Source: Clavelina lepadiformis (Eukaryota). From it: a stretch of DNA of 64,000 nucleotides. Position 1 is the stretch's first letter, and each line of letters opens with the position of its first letter. Positions 25,442 through 38,288 of this stretch are shown in pieces. A program made the translations under genes and the position numbers. The DNA lies in the NCBI RefSeq assembly GCF_947623445.1, contig NC_135248.1:2598977-2662976 (forward strand), written 5' to 3'. The notes below the pieces were generated by a model. That model made no database searches. It worked only from the letters and a program-made list of their open reading frames with translations, and was not told the DNA's origin.

Positions 25442-25673
25442 GATTGGGCGACTATGTAATAATACAAATGCTTAAACATTGTTTTTTTTCATAGTTAAAT
25501 GCATTATTTTAGTTTTTCCTTGTGTCTTACTACTTTAATTGTCCATGACGATAGGAATGCAAATTACTTTCATATACTCCTAGTTAAATATGAACCACAT
25601 TTATCTGATAAGGCTCGTTGTTCTGAAGTGTCCCGGTTTTCAATCACAAAAATATGTTATGCCTAGATATAGC
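25442..25673. repeat. Dispersed ~240-bp repeat, copy 1
   Basis: ~85% identical to 46590-46831 (gggcgac(t/c)atgtaa...atgcattatttta...aggaatgcaaa...tatgaaccac...cccggttttcaatcacaaaaatatg). No ORF. Confidence 0.6.
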
Positions 25674-26858
25674 AAGCATGACTTGTTTTGCAATTTTTTT
25701 AGGCATTTTTAGGCAAAACCAATGAAAATCGAATAAGGGTTTTAAGAGATAGAATACCTCGGTTTTCTTTACGATTATTTTTATCTCGAAATGATCGGAA
25801 ACAATCGCAAATAAACAAACATCCCTGGCAACAACAATCACATTGTTCGGTGACTTACGACTGTTTAGTGTCTATTTTTCAAACGGAAACAACCTTTAGA
25901 ACGTTTGTACCGCAATTTAATGGCCACTATAATACTATTTAATGGCTGCTATCAATATCATGCTTGTGCAACGCTCTCCAAAGTTAAATTCGAAGCACTC
26001 AATGCTACGTTTTTTTAGGATCAGAAAAGCATACGTAGCCATTTTTGCATATTCCTAAAAAGTTTGCATATCTGGGAAAAAAATTCGTCAAGTGTAGAAC
26101 ATGTTGTTCAAAAATAGAAAAAAAGGCATTCGTTGTTAAAATTAGTAAACTTACCTATCCAAGCATAACTAGGCCAGCACAGAACACGAAATCAAACAAT
26201 AATATATGTAAGTTTAAACAGTGCATTAAACCTTTAATTTTAAATCCAATTTTCTAATTTCAACTTAGAAAAACGTCTGTTGGTTAAAATGTGATCATCA
26301 GGATCAGCAAAAAAGAAAATAAAAGCAAATATATGACACAAAATTTATACATATCGAATATTATTACGCAAATGAGTAACTTTTTGGTTACTAGTTACTG
26401 GAATTTTTCGAGTACCGTGTTATATTTTAATTTGGTAAATAAGTTAATTAACGCATGACAGTGACGTCAGTACGTCTAAGCAAATTCACAGTACACTGGT
26501 AGTAGCCGCATAAGATATACGTCAGATTTATCTACCTGTCTCAGAGACATAATGTATTTGCTAAAGTCTTCGACCTTTTGAAATTGCTCCAGGATAATAC
26601 TTTAAATTTAATTATATTACTCGGCACTACATCGCTTAACAGAGTGGTCAAGTCTATATACAAAATAGTACTTATTTTTTAAATCCTGCAATGCCTGTTT
26701 TTTAATGTTGCAGTGTAAATAATAGGACTATTTGTACAAAAAACCACGTCATAAGTGCCCGCAAAAATATCGTTTATTCTGTTTTTATTTTCAATGTTCA
26801 ACCTTAAGTCTATTTTCTTATAGATTAAGTCTTTGTTCTGAAAAGTAAACACTAAGAC

Positions 26859-27111
26859 ATGATGATGATGATGCTTGTATGCTTCTTATTTGTCACCGCA
26901 TCACTTGTAAACGGACAAGATTACTTGACTTGCTTGAGAAACAGTGACGCATTTGCTGGTATCAACCCCCAAGACACAGCATCCAATATTCGGGGCCCGC
27001 CAGGTTACCCCGGTAAACGGGGAAGTCCCGGTGATAGGGGTCTACAAGGTGACAAAGGTTCCAAAGGTGAACCCGGGTCATCCGACCGTGAAGAAATTAG
27101 ACGCTTAAGAG
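26859..27111 (+). CDS. collectin-like gene, exon 1 (U4)
   Basis: ORF 26859-27122; signal peptide and collagen triplets intact. Confidence 0.65.
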
Positions 27112-27269
27112 GTATGCTTTAGATCATACACTGACGTAGTGAATTGAACTGTTTCAATTTTCTCCTGATTTTATTTGCAATACATTATGTGGTCATAAAT
27201 GAAAGCTTTCAAAAATCATGTGACAATTTTGTTTGTTGTTAATATTTTTTGCAGCTGATTTGCTATCAG

Positions 27270-27335
27270 AAACCCAAGCTCTTATAAATGACGCCATAAG
27301 ACCACTTCAGGACAAAATATCACGCCTGAGTCAAG
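27270..27335 (+). CDS. collectin-like gene, exon 2 (U4)
   Basis: Acceptor atcag|, 66 nt, encoding ETQALINDAIRPLQDKISRLSQ. Confidence 0.5.
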
Positions 27336-27958
27336 GTTTGATGCCGTTGTTAATAATAAAGTTTTTTTGATATGATTAAGTTACTAGGTTTGTCAAAAAA
27401 TAACACGACCTTTTTCATCCTATCAGAATTAATAGCATGCGAGCAAAGTTGTTTTGTTTGACTGTGTTTTCGCTGTTTTCTGCGCACGTACTAAAATTCT
27501 CCAGCTGGTCGGCCATATTCTGCCCTTTTACGCTTTAGATTACAACCTGTTATGCGCATTCAGTTTATTTTTGCTTTACGCAAAATGATAAAATGCATTG
27601 AACAAAGATGTCGTTCTGCCAAAGAATTGGTAATATTAGTTAAGCCAAAATAACCAAGAAAATTCAACAGAATGTTATGAAAGCTATTATAACTGGCGTT
27701 GAAACGTACGTAGTTCAGACCGAAAATGCTAGTTATTGACTATCCCTTGGAAGCTTGGAGTATCAACTATGCTCAGAAATCAGGAAAGTTTCTGAAAGCC
27801 TTTAGTCGGCCTATACTAAGCTAATAAAACATTGAAAATTTGTTATTTAATTCGTTTTTTCTATGTATTTCTTCCTAAATTATATACTACGCTTATCAAT
27901 GTTGACATTGGCATTTTTTTATTTGACTAATTACTTTTTAAAGCTGCTTCTTCCCAAG

Positions 27959-28106
27959 TTGCTGAAAGTGGTTGGTATACGCCGTCTAACGGATATCAAT
28001 ATCGCCTTACTGAAACTGAACAAAACTGGCAAGAAAGTCGACGTTTGTGCCAAGCAATGGGCGGTGATCTGGCCGCTGTTGGAATGAGGAACGTCGCCAT
28101 TCGATG
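27959..28106 (+). CDS. collectin-like gene, exon 3 (U4)
   Basis: Anchored to ORF 27863-28087. 148 nt. Donor TG|GTTAGA. Confidence 0.65.
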
Positions 28107-28215
28107 GTTAGAAATGGAATAAAACAGTCACATAAATGAAATATTACCACAACCACGTGCAGAAATGTGCATCACTGTAATGGCAGAAGACAACGAAGTA
28201 ACGTTTTTTTTGCAG

Positions 28216-28480
28216 GAAACTTCTCACCGAAGTAATTAAATCTGTCCGAGGTGTGTGGATAGGACTGAATGACATTTCTCAAGAAGGACAGTGGATGTGG
28301 ATAGATGGTGTACGAGAGGCTGAAGGAAACGACAACTGGGCAGCTGGTGAACCAAACCATGCAGGAAATGAAGATTGTGCTGTGGTGAATGTGCCTCGCC
28401 ACATCGGTGCACACGATGTTTCATGTTCCCGGACCGAATTCGCTATATGTGAAAAAATTATCACAGACATTTCTCAGTAA
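28216..28480 (+). CDS. collectin-like gene, exon 4 (U4)
   Basis: ORF 28253-28480 encodes WIGLNDISQEGQWMWIDGVREAEGNDNWAAGEPNHAGNEDCAVVN...CEKIITDISQ*. Confidence 0.7.
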
Positions 28481-31400
28481 GAGTTTGTGCAAAACTTGTG
28501 TCGTCTGCTTTTGATTGTAAAATTACGTGCGGTGTCATCCATCTGAGTATTACGTCATGACGTATAATCTTCCTGTGAACGCTTTAAAAACACTGATAAA
28601 CTTGTAAAAATAAAGCCATTACTAAACTACCCAACACGAAGCAGAGGTGATTAATAGCAGAATGCACGTAAAACATTTTATTCGACGCTGTTTAACTTGC
28701 ATTGATGTTTTCTACGACGTCCTGCAATCATCAGCAGCGTAAAAGTTGGAATGATGTAAATAACGGAAATTTATCAATAAACAATAACAACAATATTCTA
28801 ACTAGATAAAAATATCATTGCTTCTCAGCCGGTGAGTCGCGAAGCTATTTTAGGTGGGCCACGTAGATTGCTGAACGGTTTTTTTGCAAAACTACAATAT
28901 CTGTACCGCAAATGGGCGCCACCCACCGGCGGACCCACCAACAACTAACATTGCACACAAAAAAAGACAATTGAAGTATGGACAAGTGTTCAATTGAGCC
29001 ATTGCAGTGAACGATAGCGTAATACGCGGACTAATTTGAATGCTACAGACCCAACGGTTTATAAGATTTCACCTACGCATGAAATTGCAGAGATGATTGC
29101 AAAATTAACATGAGGTAACATATAAGTATATAATCGTGTTCCCTCAATGTCAACACAGTTACAACAAAAACAAACAAAGAAAAAAAGCATTAATGTTTGT
29201 TATGCAAAAGCACATGACGAAGGTGTTAACTGCTTACTTATCAATAATGCAATTCTTTGGGTTGATTTGAACGGTATGACTTCGCTTTACATGTATATTT
29301 ACTACAGAAATGGCTGCAAGAACAAGAGTTATAATGATGCAACACTGCCCACAAAATGCGATCGTCAACATACACCGCAAACTTAAGATTATTATCATTC
29401 CCATAATTTTGTGTGTCATTGTAAACGCTGTACTATTATTTGGTTCAAAAGTAGTGAATCGTTGTTGTTTTGCACCGACTGGTAATAGGATCGCGGGTTA
29501 TTAATACGTCAACAGTAGCAATCGTACACAACAACGCAAGGCTTGAAAGGGAACATTGTCAAAGCCGTTTTGAAAAAGGTAGAATGTGCTTTGTCCTAAG
29601 TAGCAAATCGATTTTTTCCAGAAAACAAAGTAAGTCCTACAAGACAAAAAGCTAAACTTCGTTATTTCAGGTTGTTTCATTTCAAAGAACGCTATTGAGA
29701 CTAAAAACTCTCATACTGACAGTGAACGGTTTATCAGCTGACAGAAACAGTGTAGTTTGAAAGGTTTTCATGCGTGAAATTCGAGAAAAAATTTTGCAAC
29801 ATGTTAATTAAATGAAGATCTTGAAAAGTATAGAAAATTAATTAAGATTAAAGCTTAAAAAATGAAAATGTAAAAGTAAAGCAGCAAGAAAAATGAAGAC
29901 AAGTTAAGAGAAAATCATTTGTTTACTACGCGACTGGTCACAGTTTTTGTGAATCGATCACCGACATTTTGCTTTCACATAACACACAAAATTTAAAACC
30001 AAAGCACAATTAGTTTTATTATAAACACATAAGTAGCCTTTATTCATAAAAACGTATACACACAGTGTATATAAACTACCCGCAATTTGTCTTAACATTT
30101 TGTGTGTTATGCAAAGTGTAGGCGGTTGTGAAATAAATGGTAAGAAAAAAACGAACCGTAGCAGATATGACAGTTAAAACAGGCGCGTTGGTAGATCTCG
30201 TTATTTTAGAATGAGAGGCAAGTGTCGTAATAAGTTACCTTGAAAGTAAAAAAAGGCTTTTAGTAAGTTCACTTGAAAATTCATGTTCATGAGTATTTAT
30301 AAGAACCAAGCATTTAGCTCCAAAACTCCACCGCAAAACGTCGCAAATTTACCACTCACTGTAAGCTGAGTGTTGAGAATTTTGACGCTTCAATGTAAAA
30401 TCGACTTGCATGCCCAACTCCGAATGAAGTATGGATTGTTGGGTACTCAATAGTACATCATGTGTATAGACAGCACGGATCAATATATTTTGTTCCTTTT
30501 TCTTCTGCTCTCCCAAACCCACAGTAACCTTCCATCACGAGAATCGAGAAGTCTAAACCATAGGTCGGCAATCCGCGGCTCTTTCATCTCTGTGCTCTGG
30601 CTCCCGCCAGTCAGAGCCAATGAGCTGATTTAGGAAAACTTAATGTGATTAGCTAATGGTGGTTATTAGTGTCACGATGTAATAACTTAATGCGTTTGTC
30701 TGATTATTATTCAGAATGTTTTATGCTGATGTGGAAAATCTTATATAAACACTACCCAGTGGTTTTCGCGGGCATACTACGCATGACTGCTTGTCACTCA
30801 CGTGATCCTAAGTTTGTTTTTGTTCGAGGTCGCATGTCTTGGATATTGGTCTTTGTTTGATGACTCTGCGGATGTTCATCGTTGTAGTGAGAATTTTGTG
30901 AGGTTAACTACTGAAGTTTTTATCTGTAACTGTAAAGCATTAGTTCGAATTATACATGTAGTGTTAGGATTTTTGTTTGAAGTAGTCAATTATGTGTTGT
31001 GGCTCTGAGTAGGTTTGAGTTTGGCGGAAACGAGACCAAATGGTTCTTTCAATGCTAAAGGTTGCCGACCCGTGACTAAACAATTCGCGTTTGACCGCAT
31101 TTGTTACTTTGTTCCCCGGGATACCCAGATTACTCACCTAAAGTAATTCATGGTCGAACCGTTGATATTTTACTGCTTGGTATAGCAAGCATGACTTGTT
31201 TTGCAAGTTTTTTTTAGGCATTCTGGTGACTTCATCATACCATCCTAGTTAGTAATGTGACGGTTACGTCACGAGTCACGTGTTGTTTTCGAAATGCTGG
31301 AGTTTTATTTTGGGATCTTGCGATTCAGTTGTTGATCGGACTTGAATTCTCTTCTAATGACGTTCAGATGAATTACCTCGCTTGAACTGGTGTGCCATAT

Positions 31401-33330
31401 ATATACTGTTGTGATGTTTGCAATTATTCCTTTACGTTATCGATTTCACTGGTTACTACTGCGCAATGTAACATTCAGTCAGCTTTGCCCGAAGGTGAAA
31501 GCCTTTGTGTCTGATAATAAATAAAAATGGGAACTTTATCATTTAGTAATATGCATAGACAGAATTTAAGCAACTAACAGCATAGTCACGCCGTTTGAGA
31601 AATGAGAACTCATATCGTTGAAGAAGAAGTAAAACAAGTTATTACCATCAACCGTCCTCGCTCATATTGTAGCAATAGTCGTCAGTGTACGCGGTCTTTA
31701 TGGCGAATATGTTTGTTGTGTAATACTTCACACAAGTAATACAGCAACGAAAATACTTATTTGTCATAGGAAATCGTAATTTGAAGAAGTAAGGGTAAGT
31801 TAAGGGTTTTAATTTTTAGAGAATGGCGTATTGCAGTGTTGTTCTATTCATCTGGTATAAGTTATACCATGAACACTTTTTAGAAATTCTGATTCTGAAA
31901 CATCCACTTTCAAGCGCAATTTATCGGTAAATATCCAAGCTTCTTGACCATAGATGGAAATTGGAAGAAAAACTGATTTAAAAAATGAGAGCTTAGCGGA
32001 TATTAGAAAGGTCTCGCTTCATGATATTCGGTTGCTGAAGTTCACGCATGACTGCACTTGCTTTTTAAATTCAATCTTTGGTCACGCTTGAGTAGGTTAC
32101 CCGGCGATTGACTTCCACCTGCTTCGGTGTTTCTCCGCAGACTTGAAAAGAAAACCAATGAGAACCGAATAAGAGTTCCAAGAGATAGAACACCTCGGTT
32201 TTCTTTACGATTATTTTTATCTCGAAAGGATCGAAAACAATCGCAAATAAGCAAAGAATCCTGGCAACCACATTCACAGTGGACGGTGACTTGCAACTGT
32301 TTAATGTCTATTTTTCAAACAGAAACAACCTTTAGAACGTTTGTACCGCAGTTTAATGGCTATTATAATACTATTTAATGGTTGCTATCAATATCATACT
32401 TGTGCAACGCTCTCCAGAGTTAAATTCGAAACACTCAATGTTACGTTTTTAGGGTCAAAAAAGCATACGTATCCAATTTTGCGTATTCCTAAAAAGTTTG
32501 CAAATCTGGGGAAAAATCGTCAAGAATAGAAAATTTTGTCCAAAAATAGAATAAAAAGCATTCGCTGTTAAAATTAGTAAACTTACCTACCCAAGCATGA
32601 CCAGGCCAGCACAGAACACGAAAGCAAACAATAATATATGTAAGTTTAAACAGTGCATTAAACCTTTAATTTTAAATCAAATTTTCTAATTTCAACTTAG
32701 AAAAATGTCTGTTGGTTAAAATGTGATCATCAGGATCAGCAAAGAAAAAAATAAAAGCATATGAATGACACAAAATTTATACATATCGAATATTATTACG
32801 CAAATGAGTAAGCTTTTTGTTACTAGTTAAAGGAAATTTTTGAGTACTATGTTATATTTTAATTTTGTAAATACATAAGTTAATTAACGCATGATAGTGA
32901 CGTCAGTGCGACTAAGCAAATTTACAGTTCACTGGTAGCAGTCGCATAAGATATACGTCAGATTTATCTATCTGTCTCAGAGACATAATGTATTTTTGAC
33001 GTCTTCGACCATATGAAAGTACATCAGGCTAATACAGTACTTTAAATTATATTACTCGGCACTATATCGCTTGACGGAGTGGTTAAGTATATATGCAATA
33101 TAGTAGGCCTACTTATTTTTTAAATATTGCCATGCCTGAGTTTTAATATTGCAGTTAAGGGCAGATAAGTTTTTTAATATTGCAGTTTAAACGATAGGAC
33201 TATTTGTACAAAAAACAACGTCATAAGGGCCCGCGAAAATATCGTTTATGTTGTTTTTATTTTCAATGCTCAACCTTACGTCCATTTTCTTATAGATTAA
33301 GTCTTTGTTTTGAAAAGTAAACACTAAAAC

Positions 33331-33583
33331 ATGATGATGATGATATTTGTATGCTTCTTATTTGTCACCGCATCACTTGTAAACGGACAAGAATACTTGA
33401 CTTGCTTGAGAAATAGTGACGCATTTACTGGTATCAACCCCCAAGACACAGCATCCAACATTCGGGGCCCAACAGGTTACCCCGGTAAACGGGGAAGTCC
33501 CGGTGACAGGGGTGTACAAGGTGACAAAGGATCCAAAGGTGAACCCGGGTCATCCGACCGTGAAGAAATTAGACGCTTAAGAG
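33331..33583 (+). CDS. collectin-like gene, exon 1 (U5)
   Basis: ORF 33331-33594 encodes MMMMIFVCF... Donor AG|GTGTGC. Confidence 0.65.
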
Positions 33584-33743
33584 GTGTGCTTTAGATCACA
33601 CACTGACGTAGTAAATTGAACTGTTGCAATTTTCTCCTGATTTTATTTGCAATACATTGTGTGGTCATAAATGTAAGATTTTCAAAATCATGCGACAATT
33701 TTGTTTGTTATGGATGTTTTTTTTGCAGCTGATTTGCTATCAG

Positions 33744-33809
33744 AAACCCAAGCTCTCATAAATGACGCCATAAGACCACTTCAGGACAAAATATCACGCC
33801 TTTGCCAAG
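33744..33809 (+). CDS. collectin-like gene, exon 2 (U5)
   Basis: Acceptor tatcag|, 66 nt. Confidence 0.5.
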
Positions 33810-34424
33810 GTTTGGTGCCGTTGTTAATAATAATGTTTTCTTTCATATGATATTATCGAGTTATTAGATTTATTAAAAAGTAACCCGACTTTTTTCATCC
33901 TATCAGAAGTAACGCCGTGCGAGCAAATAGGTTTTGTTTGACTGTGTTTTCACTTTTTTCTGCGCACGTACAAAAATTCTCCTGTTGGTCGGCTACATTC
34001 TGCCCTTTCACGCTTTAGATTTAAACCTGTCATGGGCATTCAGTTTATTTTTGCTTCACGTAAAATGATAAAATGCATTGAACAAAGATGTCGTTCTATC
34101 AAAGAATTGGTAATATTAATTAGGCCGAAATAACCAAGAAAGTTCAACAGGATGTTATGAAAGCCATTATAACTGGCGTTGAAACGTACGTAGTTCAGAC
34201 CGAAAATGCTAGTTCTTGACTATCCCTTGGAAGCTTGTAGTATCAACTATGCTCAGGTATCAGGAAAGTTTCTGAAAGCCTTTAGTCGGCCTATACTAAG
34301 CTAATAAAACATTGAAAATTTGTTATTTAATTTACTTTTTTCTATGTACTTCTTCCTAAATTATATACTATGCTTATCAATGTTGATATTGGCAGTTTCT
34401 TATTTGACTAATTACTTTTTAAAG

Positions 34425-34584
34425 CTACTTCCCAATTGGCTGAAAGTGGTTGGTATACGCCGTCTAACGGATATCAATATCGCCTTACTGAAACTCAACA
34501 AAACTGGCAAGAAAGTCGACGTTTGTGCCAAGCAATGGGCGGTGATCTGGCCGCTGTTGGAATGAGGAATGTCGCCATTGAAAG
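34425..34584 (+). CDS. collectin-like gene, exon 3 (U5). The canonical acceptor is mutated (ccaag|ttg has become ccaat|tgg). The coordinates assume use of an in-frame cryptic acceptor taaag| 12 nt upstream.
   Basis: Anchored to ORF 34320-34565. Using aaag| at 34423-34424 keeps the frame and adds 4 aa (V becomes ATSQL). Confidence 0.35.
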
Positions 34585-34692
34585 GTTAGAAATAGAATAA
34601 AACTGTCACATAAATAAAATATTACCACAACCACGGCCAGAAATGTGCATTACCGTAATGGCAGAAGACAACGAAGTAACGTTTTTTTGCAG

Positions 34693-34957
34693 GAAACTTC
34701 TCACCGAAGTAATTAAATCTTCCCAAAATGTGTGGATAGGATTGAATGACATTTCTCGAGAAGGACAGTGGATGTGGATAGACGGCGTACGAGCGGCTGA
34801 AGGAAACGTCAACTGGGTAGCTGGTGAACCAAACAATTCAGGAGATGAAGATTGTGCTGTGGTGAATCGGCCTGGCTACAACGGAGCACTCGATTATCGG
34901 TGTTCCTTGACCCAATTCGCTTTATGTGAAAAAAATGTCACAGACACTTGTCAGTAA
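34693..34957 (+). CDS. collectin-like gene, exon 4 (U5)
   Basis: ORF 34643-34957; EPNNSGDEDCAVVN motif intact. Confidence 0.65.
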
Positions 34958-36883
34958 GAGTTTGTGCAAAACTTGTGTGGTCTGCTTTTGATTGCAAAGT
35001 TATGTGTGCTGTCATACTTCTCAGTCTTACGTCATGACTCTGTTTAACGTGCATGGATGTTTTCTACGACGTCAGCAGCGTTAAAGTTGGAATGATGTAA
35101 AATACGGAAATTTTAACAATAAACAACAACAACAACAATGTTTTAACAAGATAAAAATTATCATTGCATCTCAGCCGGTGAGTCGCGAAGCTATTTCAGG
35201 TGGGCCACATAGATTGCTGAAATGTTTCTGTGCAAAACTACAATATCTGTACCGCAAAGCGGCGGCATTGTGAACATTATAGAGCTGATTGTGATCATAC
35301 CCTATTGTTTTTGAAAAAAATTAATTTTATTCGACTCGTCTGTGTTATGCGAATTATTATAATATTTCATTTCTTCATGCAATATAAATATAAAAATGTA
35401 TAACGTCATTGTACTTTACGAATTAAAATTGCTGACGCGCCATACTGCAGTCCAAACACCAAGTCCGCACAGTGCAATAGGATGAACGACTTTGGTCGGG
35501 AAGAAAATGAAACGATGGTGCGCTTGTGGCTGCTTCAAGTCGGTGTGATGGCGATCCAACAGGAGAAAAAAATTGCACGGCCTTTAGCTAGGGTAGCGAT
35601 CCTATTATTTGCGTTCATGACGTCATCGACGGTGTCAGGGTTGTATGAAAAACCGGTCACTTGTACGTAAATGAAAATTATATATGTATTGTGCTTCAAT
35701 CGGTATGAATGACTATGTGTAAGTGTATCATCCACTAAATTATTCATATTTATGGCTATGAGTGATTGCATTCGCATACTTAAGATGACTTGGTGTTACA
35801 TAACTTTGTGTTGTGTAACACAAATCAAAAGGTGGAAAAGATTTAAAACATCCACTACAGATTTTATCACATACCGAGTGTTGTAATTCTGCATTTCCTC
35901 AAAGAATCGGTATGAAGTGACAAAGTACATAAAAAAGTATGTTTATCATAGCAGATACTTTTTGAATCTTTCTGGACAACTCAAAACAAGTCTAAAAGGT
36001 TGCTTAACGTTTCTGGCTTCCAGGTGTTGTCTTTTTGCCTTTTCGTCAATAGAGTGAGCGCCAAGCATCCAAGTTTATATGATTTTATTTCTTTACTTCG
36101 TTTCGTCATAGCTATAGCAATCTGGGTCAGGTTGCTGATTTGGTGTCGTTAACTCTTACGTTACTTAGCCCAATATACACCATACAGTACCCATCTGTAT
36201 GATGAATCAACGTTATGCATTTAAATTGAACCACAGCTTATACGACTATTTATACTTTTATAGTAACGATAAATTACTATGCGTGGTTTCATAACATGAC
36301 GTCATAACACATACTAATCTACCGCTTGTAACTCCATTAGTTTTACTCAACGTATGCACCATATTAAGAAAACCCAAACATATTAATAATAATTTTTCGT
36401 CACCTTCCCTGACGTACAGATAAATCACCAGCGTTTTGTATTGATTTTACATAACACAATTTGACGCCGTGCGAATAATGCAAGTCAGTACATCTCAACT
36501 GGTGGGTTGTCAAATTTTTTCAGGCCGCTAAGAAAGCCGAAAAGGTTCAGTACTAAATTTTGCATGAACGCGTGTTAGTGTAATTGAGCGGCTCCGTTTG
36601 TGTCGTATTAGGTATGAGGCTGAGTTTTGGAAGAGCTCTTCGCGAATATCTAAATGGTTTCGAAAAAAGAAGGGAGCTAGTTTTTATTACTTTGCATTGC
36701 AAAGCATTGTATATTGCGCTTAGTTGGAAGGTAAAAATTTGCAGAATGATCTTTAAACCTTGCAGGACTTAATAAAAGACAAAGGTGGTTTTGCGACATA
36801 AACTGCAAAGAGTCTAATTTGTTTTGATCTTTTGTCCGCCAACCTTGTGATATTTCTTGAAACATCTTTACTGCAAGGTTGAT

Positions 36884-36956
36884 ATGAGAGTAACCAGAAC
36901 CCTACTTCTAGTTCTTGTATCCTCTGCATATGGGCAACCATCCTTTTATGATTTAC
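36884..36956 (+). CDS. LDLa-repeat LGR-like GPCR, exon 1: signal peptide
   Basis: ATG at 36884 encodes MRVTRTLLLVLVSSAYGQPSFYDL. Donor AC|GTAAGT, phase 1. Confidence 0.55.
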
Positions 36957-37176
36957 GTAAGTAAAAGTAAATTTTTACAAATTTGTCGTGTCATGTACAC
37001 AATATCAAGAAGTGTACTGTGCACATGTTGTATTGCCTTTGCTTTCGAGCATTATCATTTATGAACCAAAAATATTTTGATGGAATGTGACACATCTCCG
37101 GTTGGCCATTACAGGAATGAGCTTTGTAGCTATTCTGTTTACTTGATGTCCAACTTATATTTCTTGGTATACTTAG

Positions 37177-37683
37177 GTGATTGCCATTACCACAGACCGC
37201 GTTGTGGGTCTGATGAATTCAACTGCAAATGTGGAGATGAAGGATCTGATCACGAACCAGAATGCATTCCATGGTCGTCCGTGTGTAACGCCTTCAAAGA
37301 TTGCTCCAACGGGGCTGACGAAATCGATTGCCAGTGTCCTTCCGGCAGGTTTCAATGCAGCGTTTGTGAGCGCGGTGGCCTGGAAGATTGCCGCTCGGTG
37401 TTCCAGTGCGTCGATGAAAGCTTGTTGTGTGATTACGAAGAGCAATGCGTGACGTCAAGGGACGAATATGGCGGACAATGCGTAGAGGATCAAGGTTTTC
37501 AATGTGGGGACGGTCTTTTTATAACATCATGGTGGGAATGTGACGGATTTGATGACTGCATTAATGGAACTGATGAAAAGAATTGCCCGGATTGTTTGTT
37601 TTCTCACCAGCCCTATGCATGTAAATGCAATAGAAATGGCACAGAAGGCTGTGAAACGATTAACGCGTGTTTTGGAGTTTCAG
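37177..37683 (+). CDS. LDLa-GPCR exon 2: several LDLa-like cysteine modules
   Basis: Acceptor tacttag|. Anchored to ORF 37077-37733. 507 nt, phase 1 to phase 1. Motifs CGSDEFNC, CSNGADEIDC, CDGFDDCINGTDEKNC. Candidate GC donor CAG|GCAAGT at 37684. Confidence 0.55.
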
Positions 37684-38051
37684 GCAAGTTTAAATTATTT
37701 TTGTTCAAACTAATTACTAAATTAACATTTTAAAGACAAAAAAGTTGTTCTTATTTCTCTGCATAACGTTGCACACTTCCTTGAGCTGAAGATGCTACGC
37801 TACAAACTTTCAACGATTTTTTATGAAATGGTTGCGGAGTAAAAGATTATTTTCTTAACAACTTTTAGCCGCCAATTGTGCGAATACTGTTAAGTTAAAA
37901 CTTCAAGCTTGTGTGGATACGTGACTGCGCATTATGCATTGTATTGTGTGGACAAAATTTGTTTGTTGTACATCCAAGTTGGAGGATGTTTCATTTCGTT
38001 GGAAAATGCTTTTTCACCTTAAAATAATACAAAATGTAAACAATGTATTAG

Positions 38052-38192
38052 ATGCATGTGATGGATACGACTATTGCGAAGATGGCTCAGACGAACAAAT
38101 TTGCGACACATGTTCATCTGATCAATTAGTATGTGCCTGTAACCAAAACGGCAACAATACATGCGAAGGAAGGGCGTGCTATGACAACAACT
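38052..38192 (+). CDS. LDLa-GPCR exon 3
   Basis: Acceptor tattag|, donor ACT|GTAAGT. Encodes (D)ACDGYDYCEDGSDEQICDTCSSDQLVCACNQNGNNTCEGRACYDNNC. Anchored to ORF 37934-38266. Confidence 0.6.
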
Positions 38193-38288
38193 GTAAGTCA
38201 TTGTATGTTTGTCACCGAGTGCTTGATATCAGTATAATCGGATTATTCAAAGATAACAATAAGTAAACAAATATTTTTCATTTCGTAG

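Larger units (their letters stand above)
24117..25673. mobile_element. ~1.56-kb composite insertion specific to U4, with a 6-bp target-site duplication (TATAGC). Contains the MITE copy and ends in a ~240-bp dispersed repeat. An adjacent ~915-bp segment present in U1, U3 and U5 is missing.
   Basis: U1 reads ccgcttggtatagc|aagcatgac. U4 reads ...ggtatagc[insert]...gatatagc|aagcatgac. Downstream, U4 joins tttaggcattt|ttaggcaaaaccaatg, which skips the equivalent of U1 ~812-1725. Confidence 0.55.
1..35260 (+). repeat. Tandem array of five paralogous units (U1 1-8496, U2 8497-16992, U3 16993-23340, U4 23341-30410, U5 30411-~35260). Each carries one collectin-like gene, all in the same orientation.
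   Basis: The same ORF set recurs with an 8496-bp period (259/8755/17251, then 23599 and 30669). Unit starts are anchored by the conserved small ORF MSRCNNLMRL. U1 and U2 have identical ORF translations throughout. U3-U5 are about 5-10% diverged. The array ends where similarity to the unit is lost (~35258). Confidence 0.9.

Noticed and set aside
37077-37176. Using the Met of ORF 37077 (MMECDTSPVG...) as the receptor start
   Set aside because: Upstream there is a classical signal-peptide exon (36884-36956, MRVTRTLLLVLVSSAYG) with a GTAAGT donor in phase 1. It joins a good acceptor at 37177 in the correct phase, and the segment 37077-37176 shows no signal-peptide character.
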